A stretch of 63,141 bases of DNA, counting the filler. It is 6 parts of 6 records of this genome, joined end to end, with 100 filler letters (N's around TTAATTAATTAA, not from the genome) between each part and the next. Parts side by side here need not be neighbours in the genome. Positions count along the whole stretch, not along the records: positions 46,013 to 55,756 come from SRR31156797_26816; positions 55,857 to 63,141 come from SRR31156797_26832; 4 more parts are not named here. One strand, written 5' to 3'. The position numbers and the translations under genes are program-made. This document shows, piece after piece, positions 50,679 to 61,500 of the stretch (position 1 is the stretch's first letter; every line of letters begins with the position of its first letter). Below the pieces are notes generated by a model that saw only the letters and a list, made by a program, of their open reading frames with translations, did not search any database and was not told the origin of the DNA.

Positions 50679-52181
50679 ATGAGGAAAATAATTATTTCTC
50701 TAATAATTTTCGCATCATTATGCCAATCAGTTTCTTCAATTGCCCAAGGAAGTTTTATTTTTCAGCCTCCGGCAACGGCTGAATATGACAACCCTGAAGA
50801 TATGATAATCAAACCAAATGGAGATATAATTTATATATACTCATCCAGCATAATTAGCAAGAGTGACATATATACAAATAGTATATATGAAATTGATAAT
50901 GAAGGAAATCTTGTGAATAATGTAGCTCTGGTAGATTCAAATTATAAACACCTTGAATTTAAACATTGCTATTATCTGGATGATACATTGTATCTTTTTG
51001 GAGAGGGCCGTACGTTTGATGCAGAGCCGGAGACCTATATTTTTATGCTTAAACTTGATGATCAGCTCAATGTTACCGATAACATTTTAATTGATCCAGG
51101 ATTAAAAAATGTTGCTGGCTTATATCATGGAAAGTTAAAGTTTGTAAACGATAAGTTTTATTTCCTTTCCTCGGCTCAGGATCAATCATCCAACGTGGAT
51201 CCTCCTTTTTCTGCAGTTATTTCGAAACAAGGGACACTCCTGGAATTTGGCATTGAAACAGAAATTTATAGTCCGATATTCGGTCAATTTGACTTTAATG
51301 TAAATGCCGGAGAAAATGGATATCGTGTATTTGCTTCCGCTTTTGGAAATACAGGTGGACTTCTTGGTTTAATATGCTTTTTTTCAGATGACTTTCAACT
51401 AAAAGAATATTCTATTTTACCTTTTCAAATGGACTCCTACTTCACTTATCAACCTTTGAATGATTCAATATATTTTCTCTCAGGTGAATGGGATGATAAT
51501 ACCCCTCCGGCAATAAAGCATGCAGGAATACTTAAGCTGAAAAATGACACAACCGTAATTGACAGTTTCCTGCATACCACATTTCCGGATTCATCGGCCT
51601 GCCCAGCATACCGGCATTCTTTGGAGCTATTGCCAGATGGCAATCTGATTTTTTGTTTTACGGATAACATTTCGGTCGAGATATTCCCTGAGCTGTTCCC
51701 AACAAAAATTAATCTGATGAAGCTCACACCTGATTTTGAAGTGATCTGGCACAGATACATCGGAGATGGTGAAAATTGCTGGAATGCATATGTAATGCGT
51801 GTTAATGACGACGGAGTGATTGCCATCCATGCAGCATTTAATACAGAGGCTACTGCATGGCAGAGGGATGTACTTTTTATCAAAACCACTCCCGATGGTC
51901 TGATCACCGGAACCCATGACGATTTCCCGGGAATCAGCTCCACCGAAACCATACTGTATCCCAACCCGGCAAAGGATTTCGCGATAGTGGAACTCAGCAT
52001 GGCTTACCAGGCTGCAACGCTTGTGATCAGTAACATCAGCGGGCAGGAAGTCTTCAGGGCCAACCTTACCGGCAACAAACAACAAGTGGATATTTCAGGG
52101 GTTCCGGCAGGGAATTATGTTTATCGGATTTTTAATGAGAAAGGATTGGATGAAAACGGAAAGCTGGTGGTGGGGAGGTAG
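50679..52181 (+). CDS. T9SS (type A CTD) secreted protein
   Basis: Signal peptide; C-terminal ILYPNPA..ISGQ..G.Y..GKLVV sorting domain. Confidence 0.88.
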   Translation: MRKIIISLIIFASLCQSVSSIAQGSFIFQPPATAEYDNPEDMIIKPNGDIIYIYSSSIISKSDIYTNSIYEIDNEGNLVNNVALVDSNYKHLEFKHCYYLDDTLYLFGEGRTFDAEPETYIFMLKLDDQLNVTDNILIDPGLKNVAGLYHGKLKFVNDKFYFLSSAQDQSSNVDPPFSAVISKQGTLLEFGIETEIYSPIFGQFDFNVNAGENGYRVFASAFGNTGGLLGLICFFSDDFQLKEYSILPFQMDSYFTYQPLNDSIYFLSGEWDDNTPPAIKHAGILKLKNDTTVIDSFLHTTFPDSSACPAYRHSLELLPDGNLIFCFTDNISVEIFPELFPTKINLMKLTPDFEVIWHRYIGDGENCWNAYVMRVNDDGVIAIHAAFNTEATAWQRDVLFIKTTPDGLITGTHDDFPGISSTETILYPNPAKDFAIVELSMAYQAATLVISNISGQEVFRANLTGNKQQVDISGVPAGNYVYRIFNEKGLDENGKLVVGR

Positions 52182-52419
52182 CGCAGAGCGCAAGGAGCCG
52201 GAAAGTTGAAATATTGAATAGTGAAGTGATAAAATTGCGGATAGTGAGACTTTCTCCCGAGGGGCTGCTTTGGCAGATCGTCTGAAGGACATCTAAACGT
52301 CAAGAACAGAGCTCTTAGAGCAGAGCGCAAAGAGCAGAAACATTGAAGTGTTGAATACTCAATCAGCAGGTATATAATTGCCAGGTAAGTACAACTCAAA
52401 CGGTGAATTAAATGCACAT

Positions 52420-55365
52420 TTAATTTCGGAGTATATCCGAAATACGATTCTTCCACTTTCGTACAGCAACGATAACCAACAGGGCAAAGAGCGCTGCTAG
52501 TATCAGTGTGACTTTTAAGTGAACTGTATGGTTTGATGACGTTGCAATCGCAGATTGATCACCTACCACTGTCAGTCCGGCCCAATATTTCGGGTGGGTT
52601 TTTATGGATGTAACTGTTTTTAAGAAATCCTGCTTGGCTCGTTGGAGGGCTACATTTTTAGGTAAGCCTTCTTTCAATCCTTCGTAAAATGAGGTCATGA
52701 TCTGGTTTGCCGAAGCATCATCAAGCGAAAAAAGTGAATAACCAACACTCCTGCTGCCGGCATATTCAAATGCCCAGCCCAGGCTAATCACACCTTCACC
52801 ATCCAACAGTTGCCCACTTCCTGATTTGCAGGCACTCAGCATCACCAAATCAGCAGGAATGTCCATACAACAGATTTCCGACGTTAGCAACGGATCATAT
52901 ACGTTTTCGGAAGTACCGGAAGGCAATACCAAACCTGTGTTCATGAGCCCGCTGGTGTCGGTTTTGGTGTGGGTAGCAAAATGGATAACCGAAGCATTTT
53001 GCAGGTAGGGGCTAAGATTCGACTTTTGAGCTCTTTTCCCTGTCAGCAATTCTCCATCAAAAAGATCAGTAAGGTATTCTGCTTCTGACCGGGCATGTTC
53101 TATTTTTGTAAACCCTTGTCGTATTTGCTCTATTTTCCCTTTAAATACGGGCGCAATAGCAACAAACCCTTCTGCCGGGTTATTTTCCTGATACGAATTT
53201 GAAGGCAAACCATACAAGGAGTGATAATAACTAATTGGGAATTCATGCAGCAGGTAAGGCAATGACTTGTAGAACGCCTTTACGCCAGGATTGTATGTCA
53301 GCAGGATTTCAAAGGGTAGCAGCACCAGTTCCTGGTCCGGTATTATCACAAGCTCTTCAATACCAGTAAACATGCTGGTATCTCCTACCAATATTTCTGT
53401 AAGCCGGGAAGCAATATCCTGGTAGGTATGTTTCTCAATAATCCGATCACTAACCGGATTACAAAAATCGATCAGATCATTTACCCGGCTTCTGATGTTT
53501 TGGGCTTGCTGGAATCTTTGCCATATAATTGTATCCGGGCTGATTTTGTGTACATGTAATACTGTATCTTCCAGGTAATAGTTGAACAACAACTGCCCAT
53601 CCTTGACGCTGCCGCTAACCTCATGCAGCGACAATTCATTGAACTCCCGGTTGATGCTTGCCGGATATTTTTGAAAAATAATGTTGCGCAAGGAATCTTG
53701 CTGTAATATCAAGTTGAATAGTTGCTGTTGTAAATCCGCTAAAACCAGGGGGTCGTTATTGGCCTCCAGCTGCACTTTTTTAATGTGCAGCCTGTTGATG
53801 TTATTGCTCAGCAGGGTATTTAATCGGGCTAAACTATCGGGCAGTTGTGTGGCCTGATTTCTTTGCATCATCATACTTTTCACCAAAAGGTATTTCCCGG
53901 TTTCGGAAAAATGCAGGGCTTTTTCCAGGTAGTAGATATCATGGTTTTCCAGGTATAGTTCCCATGCAGCATCCATCCCTGCCAGCATATACCTTCGGAT
54001 CTCCTTTTTCAGTGCTGTCATCCGATCCTGCATAAAGGTTTTGTCTCGCAGCCCGGCTTCCACGCAATGGCTGTAATAGTTGCCGTTGGCTATAATCAAC
54101 CGGTTTATGGTTTTTAATGAATCCTGCTCTAATCTTTGGCGTTTTATGGCCATTAAAGATTCCAGCTTTCGGGCTATGATCTCAGGCAACCGTTTATCGG
54201 CATTAAATACATCTTGTGGGTTGGTGGCATAATCCAGCGTATCTACATCTTTAGAAGTGCAATACAATGCCCTTTGAAAATAGTACAGCGATGAGTCGTA
54301 TTTTTGAAGTTTGTGGTAGATCCTTCCCAAAACCATATTAATATAGGTCAATTCGGGATGATATGATCCATATTGTGACACGTACAGTGAAAATCCCAGA
54401 AAATATTTTCTTAAAGCAGCTTTATAATTACGTTCCTTATTTTCCAGATAATTGCCGAAATTGTCCAGGTATGATGCATAAGCGAGGGTGTCGATATTGC
54501 TGACTGATAAACCGTTATAATACTGTTCATCCAGTGACAATTCTCCGATCTGAGAATAAGCGTAGGCCAGCACATTGTTTATGTAGGGTTCAAATGAATT
54601 CTGACGGCTTTGCATATGGTGAAGTGCATTATTAAAATATACAACTACTTGCTGCCAGTCCCTCATAGCATAATAAACCCGACCTATTCCATAATTGAAA
54701 TTAAACTGCCACAACTTTTGGTTAGTTTTAATTTCTTTTAGCCAGTTTAAACCTTCATTACCATATAATAAGGCCTTTTCAAAATCTGCCTTATCCTGAT
54801 AAAATCGCATGAGATTAAGGTAATCATGAAGTATAGATTCATTTTTTCCTGTGTCAATTTCCCTTTCAAGTCTCAGTGATTTTAGATAGTACAATTCAGC
54901 ACTATCATTTTCCTCCAGTTCTGAATAGTATTTACCAAATGAATAATAAATTCTTGATTCATGTATTGAATTAACTGAGGAGTTAAGTTTCATAGCATAT
55001 TCTAAATAGCCAAAGGCACTGTCATAGCAATTCTTATTTCGCCATGCATTCGCTAAATTGATTGATATATCAATGAGTTCATTCGTGTCATTTAAGGAAA
55101 GCCTTGTGTAAATTCGTTTGTATATTCTTAATGAGCTGTCAAAATTATGAGTGTAATGGTAACAATTACCCTTTCTTTTTCGAAGTTCAAAATCCAAATC
55201 TTTTATCTCTATTTCATTCCAAAACCTTAAGGCATTGCTATAATTCTTTTGATCATAGTAATAATTGAAGCTATCCACTGCAGCAAAATCCTGTGACCTG
55301 GATGATTGTGCACCAATCACCAAGGTAAAAAACACGGCCAATATGTATTTGATTTTGAGCGTCAT
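52420..55365 (-). CDS. Exported TPR-CHAT (caspase-like) protease with C-terminal TM anchor
   Basis: Signal peptide, multiple TPRs, IIPD..L..LPFEIL, catalytic HFATH and LSACKSG, AL..AK, HP.YWA, C-terminal TM. Confidence 0.92.
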   Translation of the reverse strand: MTLKIKYILAVFFTLVIGAQSSRSQDFAAVDSFNYYYDQKNYSNALRFWNEIEIKDLDFELRKRKGNCYHYTHNFDSSLRIYKRIYTRLSLNDTNELIDISINLANAWRNKNCYDSAFGYLEYAMKLNSSVNSIHESRIYYSFGKYYSELEENDSAELYYLKSLRLEREIDTGKNESILHDYLNLMRFYQDKADFEKALLYGNEGLNWLKEIKTNQKLWQFNFNYGIGRVYYAMRDWQQVVVYFNNALHHMQSRQNSFEPYINNVLAYAYSQIGELSLDEQYYNGLSVSNIDTLAYASYLDNFGNYLENKERNYKAALRKYFLGFSLYVSQYGSYHPELTYINMVLGRIYHKLQKYDSSLYYFQRALYCTSKDVDTLDYATNPQDVFNADKRLPEIIARKLESLMAIKRQRLEQDSLKTINRLIIANGNYYSHCVEAGLRDKTFMQDRMTALKKEIRRYMLAGMDAAWELYLENHDIYYLEKALHFSETGKYLLVKSMMMQRNQATQLPDSLARLNTLLSNNINRLHIKKVQLEANNDPLVLADLQQQLFNLILQQDSLRNIIFQKYPASINREFNELSLHEVSGSVKDGQLLFNYYLEDTVLHVHKISPDTIIWQRFQQAQNIRSRVNDLIDFCNPVSDRIIEKHTYQDIASRLTEILVGDTSMFTGIEELVIIPDQELVLLPFEILLTYNPGVKAFYKSLPYLLHEFPISYYHSLYGLPSNSYQENNPAEGFVAIAPVFKGKIEQIRQGFTKIEHARSEAEYLTDLFDGELLTGKRAQKSNLSPYLQNASVIHFATHTKTDTSGLMNTGLVLPSGTSENVYDPLLTSEICCMDIPADLVMLSACKSGSGQLLDGEGVISLGWAFEYAGSRSVGYSLFSLDDASANQIMTSFYEGLKEGLPKNVALQRAKQDFLKTVTSIKTHPKYWAGLTVVGDQSAIATSSNHTVHLKVTLILAALFALLVIVAVRKWKNRISDILRN

Positions 55366-55417
55366 TGCTTTTTCAAAGGTATTTCTTTTCCTAAAAACAA
55401 AAAATTAAATGTTAAAA

Positions 55418-55459
55418 AATGTTCACAAAACGGGGTTTGTGACTCAATATAGTAAAGGC
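55418..55459 (+). promoter_or_regulatory. Conserved ECF-type promoter motif, copy 3
   Basis: AATGTTCACAAA-N11-GACTCAA-N7-AAGGC upstream of the GG-leader peptide. Confidence 0.6.
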
Positions 55460-55555
55460 GCCTTTAACCCGGGTTAAACATTCCAAAAACCACTTTGGAA
55501 AATGATAGACTCAGGTTACGAAAACTCATTTATTAATTTAAAAGAATTTTAAGTC

Positions 55556-55693
55556 ATGAAAGAGAATGCTTTGATTTACAAACCCGAAGAACTGGATGAA
55601 GATTTAATGAAAAAACTAATTGGTGGGGATGGAAATGATCCTCCACCACCAGATGATCCTCCACCACCAGATGATCCAGATAAAAATGGTTGA
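55556..55693 (+). CDS. Double-glycine leader precursor peptide, Pro/Asp-rich core (not in ORF track)
   Basis: MKENALIYKPEELDEDLMKKLIGG-DGNDPPPPDDPPPPDDPDKNG; followed 6 nt later by a C39 peptidase start. Confidence 0.85.
   Translation: MKENALIYKPEELDEDLMKKLIGGDGNDPPPPDDPPPPDDPDKNG
55635..55677 (+). repeat. 18-bp coding tandem repeat
   Basis: ATGATCCTCCACCACCAG x2 plus partial ATGATCC. Confidence 0.9.
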
Positions 55694-55699
55694 TCGGTT

Positions 55700-55756
55700 A
55701 TGATAAGTAATCACCTCCAACACGATAAAAAAGACTGCGGCCCTGCCTGTCTGCAA
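55700..55756 (+). CDS. C39 peptidase domain N-terminus, probably a peptidase-containing ABC transporter (truncated)
   Basis: MISNHLQHDKKDCGPACLQ matches the Q.D..DCG.ACL catalytic motif; only 19 codons visible. Confidence 0.82.
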
Positions 55757-55856
55757 NNNNNNNNNNNNNNNNNNNNNNNNNNNNNNNNNNNNNNNNNNNN
55801 TTAATTAATTAANNNNNNNNNNNNNNNNNNNNNNNNNNNNNNNNNNNNNNNNNNNN
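55757..55856. other. Artificial contig linker
   Basis: N44-TTAATTAATTAA-N44. Confidence 0.98.
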
Positions 55857-55894
55857 AATCGTTTTGACTTAAAAAAATATATAAGGAGTCGGGT

Positions 55895-58468
55895 ATGAAA
55901 AAAAAGCTATCAGTATTAAAATTATTAATTTTGTTTACATTGTTATATAGTAGCAGTATGGGAACGAAGGAATTAAATGTTGCTGTTTTTCCTTTTTCAC
56001 CTCTTATTTCTATGAACGAAAATAATGAAGCAGAAGGATTTTTTATTGATTTAATTGAGGAAATAGCCAAAAAAGAGGATTGGGAGATTAACTATATTAA
56101 TGGAGGTTGGGTCGATAGTTTAGACGGAATAAAGCAAAATAAAGTCAATCTTGCAACTTCAGTTGCTTATACCAAAGAGAGAGATGAATTTATGGATTAC
56201 AGCTCTGAGAGTGCATTTACTGTCTGGAGCATGGTATATGCAAGTAAAAATAGTGAAGTTGAAAATGTATTAGATTTAAGCGGGAAAAAAATAGCTTTAA
56301 TGAAAAATGATTTTAATGCAAAAAATTTCAGGGAGATGGCTGATAAATTTAATATTGATTATGAATTTGTTGAGCTTAAATCCTTTAAAGAGATTTTTGA
56401 AAAAATTAATAGAGGTGAAGTAGACGCAGGGGTTGTTCCAAATACTTTTGGATATATCAATGAGAAAAAATACGATGTTTTTCGAACACCTATTTTATTT
56501 AATCCTTTTGATATTTATTTTACGGTTAAAGATGGAGCCAATCCTGAAATTTTAACTACGTTTTCCTATTACTTACACAACTGGAAAAAAGATAAAAACT
56601 CTTTTTATTATAAAAAATTCAAAGTTTGGTTTTCAGGTGATATAAACAATCAAAATGAAGTTCCAAAAAACGTAATTTATGCTATTGCACTGATTATCAC
56701 TTTTCTGATTTTATCTTTAGTTTTGAATTGGATACTAAAGAACAAAGTAAATAATGCAACTATTGAATTAGTTGCTCTCAATAATCAATTAAAAAACAAA
56801 ATTGAAGAAGCTCTATCCGCTAAGCAAAAAGCTGAAAAGGCAAATCAAGCCAAAAGCTTATTTCTGGCTAATATGAGTCATGAGATTAGAACCCCTATGA
56901 ATGGAATCATAGGAATGATTGAACTGCTTGAAACTACAAAACTTGATAAAGAACAGAGTGAGTATCTAAAAAATATTGATTGGTCAGCTACTAATCTAAT
57001 TTCAATTATTAATGATATTTTGGATCTCTCTAAAATAGAAGCAGGAAAAATTGATCTGGAAAAATCAGAGTTTAATATACTTGAATCTGTTGAAGAGATA
57101 GTTGATAGTTTTGCAATTAGTGCGCATAAAAAGAAACTGGAATTAGTCCACTATGTGGATAAAAATATACCTGAATACTTAATCGGAGATATTGGTAAAA
57201 TCAAACAGGTTTTAATAAATCTTATTGGAAATTCTCTTAAATTTACTGACTCTGGTAATATTCTCATTGAAGTAATCGCAAGTTCATCTATGATTAATAG
57301 AGTTCAACTAAAATTTATCGTTACTGATACCGGTATAGGTATATCCAATGAGCAGATTAATGCTATCTTTGAACCTTTTATGCAGGGGGATTTATCTTAT
57401 AACAAAAAATATCAGGGTACGGGACTTGGTTTAGCTATATCGAAGCGCTTATGTGAACTTATGGGAGGGGAGATCTCTATTGAGAGTGAAGTAGGTAGTG
57501 GATCAAAGATTAGTTTTACTTGTAATGTGGAGGTCTCTACAAATATTTTAAATCAAAACGAAATAGAGAAAATTGATCTTAATATGTCAAAATTAAGAGT
57601 TTTATTAATTGATGATAATAAATTAAATAGAGATATTGTTACTAAGATGCTTATTGATGAAGATATCGATGTTACTACCGCCGACTCTGGTGAAAGTGCA
57701 TTTAAAATTTTGGAGAATAACAAAACATTTAATCTTATTTTATTAGATGTGAATATGCCGGAGATGGATGGCTTTGAAGTTGCTGAAAAATTAAAAAAAC
57801 ATAATCATGATATTGATACAGCTATTATGCTTTTTACTTCTATTGATATTAGAGATCAGTTAAATAGAATCTCCGAGCTGGGAATATCTTCATATCTTAT
57901 GAAACCGGTTAAGAAAACTCAGTTACTAAAAGGTATTAAAACATCAATTAATACTTTTCATAAAAAACATATAGAAAAGAATTTAATGGATATTACAAAA
58001 TTAGATGGCAGTCATAGAATTGATATTGATCTGCTTAAATCAATTCATAAAAATAATCATATCTATAATAATAACTCAAACCAAACTAATGAACTGTTAA
58101 AGAAAAAAATACTATTAGTTGAAGATAACAAAGTTAATCGATTAGCTGTTTCAAATGTTCTTAAAAAAGAGGGGTATGAAGTCTTTATTGGCAAAAACGG
58201 ACTTGAAGCTGTTGAGATGTTAGGCGGACTTGAAGTTGATCTCATATTGATGGATATTCAGATGCCGATAATGGACGGTTATGAAGCTACCAGATTGATA
58301 AGAGAAAGGGAACGTCAAAACTCATTAAATGAAACTCCGATCATTGCATTCACAGCATATGCTCTGGAGAGTGATAAGGAGAAAATACTCAAATCAGGAA
58401 TCAATAATTACTTAGTAAAACCTACTAGAAGTGAGCACTTAATTAAAAAAATTCAATCTTATATTTAA
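55895..58468 (+). CDS. Hybrid sensor histidine kinase (SBP, HisKA, HATPase, 2x REC)
   Basis: SBP domain, [23 protein letters not shown], two receivers. Confidence 0.93.
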   Translation: MKKKLSVLKLLILFTLLYSSSMGTKELNVAVFPFSPLISMNENNEAEGFFIDLIEEIAKKEDWEINYINGGWVDSLDGIKQNKVNLATSVAYTKERDEFMDYSSESAFTVWSMVYASKNSEVENVLDLSGKKIALMKNDFNAKNFREMADKFNIDYEFVELKSFKEIFEKINRGEVDAGVVPNTFGYINEKKYDVFRTPILFNPFDIYFTVKDGANPEILTTFSYYLHNWKKDKNSFYYKKFKVWFSGDINNQNEVPKNVIYAIALIITFLILSLVLNWILKNKVNNATIELVALNNQLKNKIEEALSAKQKAEKANQAKSLFLANMSHEIRTPMNGIIGMIELLETTKLDKEQSEYLKNIDWSATNLISIINDILDLSKIEAGKIDLEKSEFNILESVEEIVDSFAISAHKKKLELVHYVDKNIPEYLIGDIGKIKQVLINLIGNSLKFTDSGNILIEVIASSSMINRVQLKFIVTDTGIGISNEQINAIFEPFMQGDLSYNKKYQGTGLGLAISKRLCELMGGEISIESEVGSGSKISFTCNVEVSTNILNQNEIEKIDLNMSKLRVLLIDDNKLNRDIVTKMLIDEDIDVTTADSGESAFKILENNKTFNLILLDVNMPEMDGFEVAEKLKKHNHDIDTAIMLFTSIDIRDQLNRISELGISSYLMKPVKKTQLLKGIKTSINTFHKKHIEKNLMDITKLDGSHRIDIDLLKSIHKNNHIYNNNSNQTNELLKKKILLVEDNKVNRLAVSNVLKKEGYEVFIGKNGLEAVEMLGGLEVDLILMDIQMPIMDGYEATRLIRERERQNSLNETPIIAFTAYALESDKEKILKSGINNYLVKPTRSEHLIKKIQSYI

Positions 58469-58505
58469 TTTTCAAAAGGTTTTACAAGAAATTTGGAGGT
58501 TTACA

Positions 58506-61500
58506 ATGATTAAAAAAATATTATTATTTTTAGTTTTTATTTCTGTTTTTATTAATCTAAATGCAGAAGAGAAAAAGGGTCAAAACTCAGTCTTAAATGA
58601 AAAGGAGATACAGTGGGTCAAAGAGAATCCTGAAATAACTCTAGGTTTTTTCAAAAACCTTGAACCGGCTGTAATTAAAAACAAAAACGGAGAGTTAAGT
58701 GGTTTTTTAATTGATTTCAAAATTCGTCTGGAACAGCTTTTAAACTTAAAAATTAATATAGATATTGATGATTATGAAAATCTAAATTCTAAACTGCAAA
58801 ATGGTGAAATTGATGGAATTCTTGCTGCTTCAAATGAAAATATAATAATTGATAATGCGTTAAAGTCAATTCCTCATTTTAAGTATTATTTTGCAGCTTT
58901 TGAAAATAGTTTTAATCCACAAAACATAAGCTCTAATTTAGATATCAAAGATAAAAAAGTAGCAGTTATGGAGAGTTTCATCAAAACCAATTCTGCTGTA
59001 GCCAATAATATCGATATGAAAAATGCAATTTTAGTTGATTCACCCAAAGAAGCTTTTTTACTCCTAATGGAGGAAAAAGTTGATCTGGCAATGCTACTTA
59101 GTTTTCAGAATTATCACTTTGCAAAATACAATTTTACAGGTATAAAAATCTCGCATATTGACTGGGCTAACAAAGAGCAAGCAGTTACTTATATTCATAA
59201 GGATCAGGAAGTTTTATTGAATATTATAAATAAGGGAATCATGAATATCTCTGATTTCGAACTGAGTAAAATTAACAATAAATGGGCTATTCCCAAAATT
59301 AATGCAAACTATATTAACTCCAATATTTTTAACTCTACGGAAAAAAATAAATATAATAATTCAAACTTTTTCTACGAATTATTATTTACTATTTTAAGTT
59401 TTATTATAAGTTTTATACTTTTGATTATTTATTGGAATAAAAAAATAAGTATAGAGATTAGAAAAAGAAGAATATCGGAACAGGCATTGAAAAAAAGCAA
59501 AAAAAAATACAGACAAATAATTGAAGGAATTAGCGATGATTTCCTATTTTATTCACTGGATTCAAATGGAATTATTAAATATATAAGTGCATCATGTATA
59601 AATGTCTTTGGTTATAAAGCAAGTGAACTGCTTGGAAAAAAGTGGTCTGATATATTTTTTATTGAGAATCCTCATATTCAGAGTAAAAGAGAGTTTACCA
59701 TTTACTCTTTTGATAATATTTCCAACTCATTTGAAGCTAGGATAATGCACAAAAACGGCTCTGAAAAACTACTTGAAATAAACGAAAAAAATTCATTTGA
59801 TAAAAAATCACTCTCTTTATCAATTGAAGGAGTTGCAGTAGATGTCACTGAGAGAAAAAAGATCGAATATGATCTGACTAAATTATCTCAGGCCATTACT
59901 CAAAGTTCATCAAATGTAATCATCACTGATAAAAAGGGAGTAATTGAATATGTAAATTCACAGGTTATCCAATCTGAAGGTTATCTTGAAGAACAACTTG
60001 TGGGAAAACATATATCCATACTTGCTCCAATAGGAAAATTTGACACTATATATCAAAATTTTCAAAGAGTTATTGCTATTCATGATATATGGAAAGGTGA
60101 GATACAAAACCAAAATAAAAAAGGTCTAAAATATTGGGTTGCATTATCAATTTCAACTATAAAAAATAAAAATGATGAGATTACAAATTACTCTTTTATT
60201 TATCAAAATATATCTGAATTAAAGAAACTAACTTCGGAATTAGAGGAAGCAAAAAAAACATTGGAAGTTTCAAATCAAGAGTTATTAATCTATAAAAAGT
60301 TTGCCCAATCATCCTCTCAGGGTTTCAGAATGGCAAATTTAAACGGAACAATCTCATATATGAATCCCAGCTTAATAGACTTAAGCGGAGTGGCTATTTA
60401 TGATGATGATAACCTAAGCAGTTTATTAAAATTTTATACTCCAAACTCTCAAAAGATATTGGCAAATAAAGTTCTTCCCAGAATAGCAACAGGTAAAAAC
60501 TGGAGCGGAGAATTAGAGTATTATCTTTCTGATCATAATATTATTAATACTCTGGAGTATTATTATCCAATTGCTGATGATAATAGTAATACTATTAAAA
60601 TCGCAACTATTATTAATGATATCACTGAGCTGAAAAAAGCTGAAAAAGCTCTAAAATTAGCACAAAAAGAAGCTGAATCAGCCAATGAATCTAAAAGTAT
60701 GTTTTTAGCAAATATGAGTCATGAAATTCGTACTCCCATGAATGCAATTATTGGACTAAGTACTTTAATGAAAAAAACTAATTTGGATAAAACTCAAAAA
60801 GATTTTTTAGAAAAAATTGAAAAATCATCTAATTCCCTACTTGGAATAATTAATGATATTTTGGATTTCAGTAAAATTGAAGCTGGAAAAATTAATATAG
60901 AAAAGATCAATTTTAATCTAAGTGAGATAATTATGAGTATCGTTGAGATGCTTAATCATAAAATTTATGAAAAAGATCTACAGCTAAATGTTAAATTTGA
61001 CAAAGCTATTCTTGAGAATTTAATTGGTGATCCTCTGAGAATTAGGCAGGTTATTTTAAATTTTCTAAACAACTCTATTAAATTTACTGAAAAAGGATCA
61101 ATTATCATAAAAACTGAATTAGTAGATGAAAATAATGTAAGTCAAAAAATTAAGGTTTCAATTATTGATACGGGAATAGGAATGAATGATGACGTTAAAA
61201 ATAAACTTTTCAGATCATTTTCACAGGCAGATGAATCAACTACCAGAAAATACGGTGGGACTGGACTGGGATTATCTATCTCTAAAAATTTAATTGAACT
61301 AATGGATGGAGATATAGGAGTAGAGAGTGAATTAAACAAAGGAAGTGAGTTTTTCTTCGAACTTAATCTAAATAAAGCTAACTCTACAACGAAAAAAGAG
61401 AATATTATACAGAAAGAGTTTAAAGATATTAATATTGCAATTGTAGATGATAGCGAAACAGAGTTAGAGCTTTTAACCAGATATTTCGATGATATGCAAC

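Noticed and set aside
52183-52357. CRISPR array (given the nearby CHAT protease)
   Set aside because: Only two degenerate copies with a roughly 100-nt spacer, and no cas genes; no CRISPR array seen anywhere in the window
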